Below are positions 6,406-9,638 of a DNA stretch of 9,638 nt, one piece after another. How positions within the stretch are numbered: the stretch's first letter is position 1; the number at the start of each line of letters is the position of its first letter. Source of the DNA: a virus (lineage: Duplodnaviria > Heunggongvirae > Uroviricota > Caudoviricetes); the IMG/VR virus record IMGVR_UViG_2537561977_000015, positions 1-9,638 of that record. One strand, 5' to 3'. Under the pieces are notes generated by a model that was not told where the DNA came from, made no database searches, and saw nothing but the letters and a program-made list of their open reading frames with translations. The translations under genes were made by a program, and so were the position numbers.

Positions 6406-6852
6406 ATGGCGGCAGAGTACATCAGGGACTGGCAACAACCGCGCCACGCAGTGGGGCGTGAAGGAACGGGGATCCCCGCTCCTGAATCCGCGCTTTCCTC
6501 CTGGCTGGATGCCTACCGGGCAGAGAACGAGCGCCGCCAGGAAATGGCTGATGCGGCGTTCTCCGCCACGACGCTGGGCAACCTGATTAATAAAAGCCTG
6601 GATGCACAGGAAAAACAGGACAAAACCATCACACTGGCAGGAGACGCCAGAAAACAGGCACGCGGCGCGGTGGATGAAGCCATGGCCTCGCTGCGCCTGC
6701 TGCCGTCCTATCTGCGCGATCCGCTTATTCGCCGCCTCTCTTTCCTGCGCAAAAACAGGAAGCCGATCGTCAGAAAGGCAAAAAGAGCCGACAGCAGAAC
6801 GCTATGCACGCGGAACCCTGCGCAAAATATTCGAACGTCTGGACCGCACTGA
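6406..6852 (+). CDS. Probable N-terminal part of the gene-A-like replication initiator, in a different frame from the main ORF (frame disruption near 6780)
   Basis: Protein-like translation from 6406 to about 6790, with a degenerate tail after that. The overlapping frame of 6602..9226 becomes protein-like only from about 6790. An A5 run sits at the junction (6780..6784). Confidence 0.45.
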   Translation: MAAEYIRDWQQPRHAVGREGTGIPAPESALSSWLDAYRAENERRQEMADAAFSATTLGNLINKSLDAQEKQDKTITLAGDARKQARGAVDEAMASLRLLPSYLRDPLIRRLSFLRKNRKPIVRKAKRADSRTLCTRNPAQNIRTSGPH

Positions 6853-9226
6853 CAGACACTGGCTGACACCGGGTTATCGCTCCCTTGCCGGACGTGAACG
6901 CCTGGATGATTTGCTTTACCTGCCACAGCTCAACAAGCACCAGATACAGACGCTGGCCACCATGACAGCGGCGATGTTCAGCAGCACCTTCGAAACACTC
7001 TGTGATGGCTTTGGTGCCAGAGATGGCGAGCTGACCATGGAGGTGGCGCTGAAGGCATATCAGATGCTGGCACGCATGGCGTTACATCTGCACACCATGC
7101 CGCCGCATTATGACGCACTGACAACAGACAAGGACCGGAGGAACGCACCGGATACGGAACTGCTGCCGGGCGCAATTCTTCGCCTGACCTGTGCGGAATG
7201 GTGGAAACGCAAACTGTGGCTGTTACGTTGCGAGTGGAGAGAAGAACAACTCCGCGCCGCCTGTCTGGTTTCCAGAAAAACATCACCCTATCTGAGCCAG
7301 GACGCGTTAAGCGCGTTTCGCGCACAGCGCGAGAAAACACGCGATTTCCTGAAAAGTTTCATGCTGGAAAATGAAGACGGGTTCACGATTGATCTCGAGA
7401 CGGTGTATTACGCGGGAGTAAGTAACCCGGTTCACCGTAAGGCAGAAATGATGGCCACCATGAAGGGACTGGAACTTCTGGCCGAAGCCCGTGGCGACAG
7501 AGCGGTGTTTCTGACTGTCACCTGCCCGTCAAAATACCACGCAACAACGGAGAACGGTCATCCGAACCCCAAATGGAACGGGGCCACCATGCGCGACTCC
7601 AGCGATTACCTGGTTAACACGTTTTTTGCGGCGGTCCGCAAAAAACTGAACCGCGACGGTCTGCGCTGGTATGGCATCCGCACGGTGGAGCCTCACCATG
7701 ACGGCACTGTGCACTGGCATATGATGGTCTTTGCACATCCGGACGAGATTGAAACCATCGTGTCCCACGTCTGCGATATTGCCATTCAGGAAGACCGCCA
7801 CGAGCTGGGCGATGACATAACTCCGCGTTTTAAGGCGGAGTACGTAGACGGCTCAAAAGGCACACCAACCAGCTACATCGCCACCTACATCGGAAAGAAC
7901 CTGGACAGCCGCGCCGTGGATGGCATCGACCCGAAAACGGGCAAGCCACGCGTTGACCACGAAACCGGAAAATCAATGGCCGAGAGCGTGGAACGCGCCA
8001 TCGGCTGGGCGCGCCTTCACCGGGTCCGCCAGTTCCAGTTCTTTGGTATCCCCTCCCGTCAGGTGTGGCGTGAACTGCGCCGCCTTGCCAGCCAGATGGC
8101 ACGCAACCCGGAAGGCCCGCAACGGCTGAAGGATGACGCAATGGACGCGGTACTCGCTGCCGCTGATGCCGGATGTTTTGCCACCTACATTGAGAAACAG
8201 GGTGGCGTACTTGTTCCACGCAAAGACTACCTGATTCGCACCGCCTACGACCTCGCAGATGAGCTGAACGATTACGGTGAACAGAGCGTACAGATTTACG
8301 GGATCTGGTCGCCGCTCATTGGGGAGTCTTCCCGCGTATGCACGCATCCGGATAACTGGAAGCTGGTAAGACGCAAACCGGAAGCGGAAGACAGCGCCCG
8401 CGAAAATGGTTTTGACCTTCAGGGCGGCCCTGCCGCCCCTTGGACTCGTGGCAATAACTGTCCCCGTGTACAGGAAACGAACAACAACGGGACAGAACAG
8501 CCGGAAGAACGGCCAGCACCGTGGCCGCAGCTCCCTGACGGCGTTGAAGTGAACGAATGGATGCGCTCACTGAAACGGCACGAACGCCGGGCGCTGATGC
8601 GTTCGCTTCGTGACAAACAGGCAAAAAACAGCAGTGATGAAATGCAGAACTGGACGCAGAGCCGCAAACAGCCGCGACCTTTGCCTGATAACCACGAATT
8701 ACTCGCTAAAGAATGGCGGGAGTCTGCTGAATCTCTCGGCATGCATATCGGTGAACAACAGATGCAGCACTTGTTACGGGGCGGCAGTCTGTACGTTGAC
8801 GGCAGCATCATTGCACCGCAGGGATTTAAAATTGTACGCAAACCGGATACCCGCCCGGACAGCCGAATCACGCAACTCTGGCAACGCCTGAGCCGTAATC
8901 ACGGCGTAAGCAGCACGGAGATCCGTCATAACCCTGTCGCCAGCTATCTGGAACAGCTGGGGACATCAGACCCCGAAGCAGCCGCACGCCTGGCATCCAT
9001 ACTTCAGCAGGACCAGAACACCATGAAAACACCCGTTACCGTGCTTTCTGACATGCTGCGCGCCATCCGCGACGCAGAGCACGCACAGAGAATCAGTGAA
9101 ACCACTGAACGCGCCCGCCGCAAAGCAGACCTGCTGCGGGGTGGCCTGACCAGTGGAAACAAAAAACAGACAGAAACGGGACTCACGAATCCCGTAAATG
9201 AGCAAAAAACGCGCAGCGATATATGA
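6602..9226 (+). CDS. Rolling-circle replication initiator, P2 gene A-like HUH replication endonuclease (coordinates are those of the longest ORF; true 5' end uncertain)
   Basis: HUH metal-binding motif (TVHWHMMVF, nt 7712..7720 encode H-W-H) followed about 50 residues later by the paired catalytic tyrosines (TSYIATYIGKN, Tyr codons at 7874 and 7886). This is the signature arrangement of phiX174/P2 gpA-type Rep proteins. Other segments (LTVTCPSKYH, GIRTVEPHHDGT) resemble P2 gpA as I recall it. The first 180 nt of this frame look non-coding. Confidence 0.85.
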   Translation: MHRKNRTKPSHWQETPENRHAARWMKPWPRCACCRPICAIRLFAASLSCAKTGSRSSERQKEPTAERYARGTLRKIFERLDRTDRHWLTPGYRSLAGRERLDDLLYLPQLNKHQIQTLATMTAAMFSSTFETLCDGFGARDGELTMEVALKAYQMLARMALHLHTMPPHYDALTTDKDRRNAPDTELLPGAILRLTCAEWWKRKLWLLRCEWREEQLRAACLVSRKTSPYLSQDALSAFRAQREKTRDFLKSFMLENEDGFTIDLETVYYAGVSNPVHRKAEMMATMKGLELLAEARGDRAVFLTVTCPSKYHATTENGHPNPKWNGATMRDSSDYLVNTFFAAVRKKLNRDGLRWYGIRTVEPHHDGTVHWHMMVFAHPDEIETIVSHVCDIAIQEDRHELGDDITPRFKAEYVDGSKGTPTSYIATYIGKNLDSRAVDGIDPKTGKPRVDHETGKSMAESVERAIGWARLHRVRQFQFFGIPSRQVWRELRRLASQMARNPEGPQRLKDDAMDAVLAAADAGCFATYIEKQGGVLVPRKDYLIRTAYDLADELNDYGEQSVQIYGIWSPLIGESSRVCTHPDNWKLVRRKPEAEDSARENGFDLQGGPAAPWTRGNNCPRVQETNNNGTEQPEERPAPWPQLPDGVEVNEWMRSLKRHERRALMRSLRDKQAKNSSDEMQNWTQSRKQPRPLPDNHELLAKEWRESAESLGMHIGEQQMQHLLRGGSLYVDGSIIAPQGFKIVRKPDTRPDSRITQLWQRLSRNHGVSSTEIRHNPVASYLEQLGTSDPEAAARLASILQQDQNTMKTPVTVLSDMLRAIRDAEHAQRISETTERARRKADLLRGGLTSGNKKQTETGLTNPVNEQKTRSDI

Positions 9227-9270
9227 AGCGCGCACAAAACAGGCAAAAACGGGATTTCAGAATCCCGTAA
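9163..9270. repeat. Two copies of a 35-bp direct repeat (9163..9197 and 9236..9270, 29/35 identical), each containing the inverted repeat ACGGGA...TCCCGT
   Basis: Read directly from the sequence. Copy 1 lies inside the last 20 codons of the replication gene, copy 2 in the gap before the ParM-like gene. The stems are conserved while the loops differ at 4 positions. Confidence 0.6.
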
Positions 9271-9302
9271 TCGATTAATTAATCAACATAAGGAAAAGCG
9301 AC

Positions 9303-9638
9303 ATGAAAATTTGTATCGACGACGGCTCCACCAACATCAAGCTGGCATGGACTGAGAACGGCGAACGCCGCAACGCCATCAGCCCGAACAGCTTCAAGTC
9401 GGAATGGTCTGCGCCGTTCGGTGGCATGCAGCCCGCGAACTACATGCTTGATGGCGTGCGCTATGGTTTTGATCCGGTCAGCGATCGCTTTGTCCAGACA
9501 ACCGACACGCAATACCAATACAGCGATGTAAATGTCATTGCCATTCATCACGCGCTGGTCAAATCAGGCATCACGCCACAGGAGGTGGATGTGGTTGTCA
9601 CCCTGCCACTGAGCGAGTATTTCGACACAAACGCACAG
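9303..9638 (+). CDS. parM: ParM/StbA-family actin-like segregation ATPase, N-terminal 112 codons (truncated by window end)
   Basis: AAGGA SD 9 nt upstream of the ATG. The N-terminus MKICIDDGSTNIKLAW...ISPNSFK...YSDVNVIAIHHAL...VDVVVTLPLSEY closely matches the phosphate-1 motif and N-terminal region of plasmid R1 ParM (MLVFIDDGSTNIKLQW...ISPNSFK...YSDVNVVAVHHAL...) as I recall it. Confidence 0.75.
   Translation, partial: MKICIDDGSTNIKLAWTENGERRNAISPNSFKSEWSAPFGGMQPANYMLDGVRYGFDPVSDRFVQTTDTQYQYSDVNVIAIHHALVKSGITPQEVDVVVTLPLSEYFDTNAQ

Noticed and set aside
5866-6447. 193-aa minus-strand ORF antisense to 5731..5961 and 6034..6399
   Set aside because: No ribosome-binding site, and it is antisense to two plus-strand genes that each have a canonical SD and compact spacing.
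8458-8473. CTGT-N8-ACAG, formally matching the LexA SOS-box core
   Set aside because: It lies deep inside the replication gene coding sequence, the spacer is GC-rich (CCCCGTGT) rather than the AT-rich spacer of functional SOS boxes, and no promoter is nearby. Most likely a chance match.
6708-9551. Numerous minus-strand ORFs of 72 to 150 aa inside and just beyond the replication gene (for example 6978..7340, 7830..8219, 8419..8871, 9004..9246, 9279..9551)
   Set aside because: They are antisense to a confidently identified GC-rich gene (or to the ParM-like gene), have Arg/Cys/Pro-rich low-complexity translations and lack SD sequences. This is the usual shadow-ORF artefact of GC-rich coding DNA.

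Overview
This window reads as the integrase-proximal early/immunity region of a P2-family (P2/186-like) temperate prophage in an enterobacterial host, by motif recall from the translations rather than any database search. From the left: a complete P2-type tyrosine integrase (1..993, -) whose stop codon is the first three bases of the window, so the attachment site lies just outside it; a C-type immunity repressor (1063..1410, -); a 100-bp divergent switch region with a perfect tandem 10-bp repeat; a Cox-like HTH gene (1512..2033, +); a visibly AT-richer block (about 2034..4480) of small unknown genes that includes one opposite-strand small gene and a 37-aa membrane peptide; a GC-richer run of small overlapping early genes (4482..5404); a structured ~325-bp non-coding region with an intrinsic terminator; two more small genes; a large P2 gene-A-like HUH rolling-circle replication initiator (to 9226) whose N-terminal part is split across two reading frames; a pair of conserved hairpin repeats; and the first 112 codons of a ParM/StbA-like actin-type ATPase running off the right edge. 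No tRNA, rRNA, CRISPR array or IS element is evident. The candidates for novel biology are the AT-rich accessory block, the structured non-coding region (possible small RNA) and the ParM-like gene sitting where P2-like phages carry accessory cargo downstream of the replication gene; none can be assigned a function from sequence alone.
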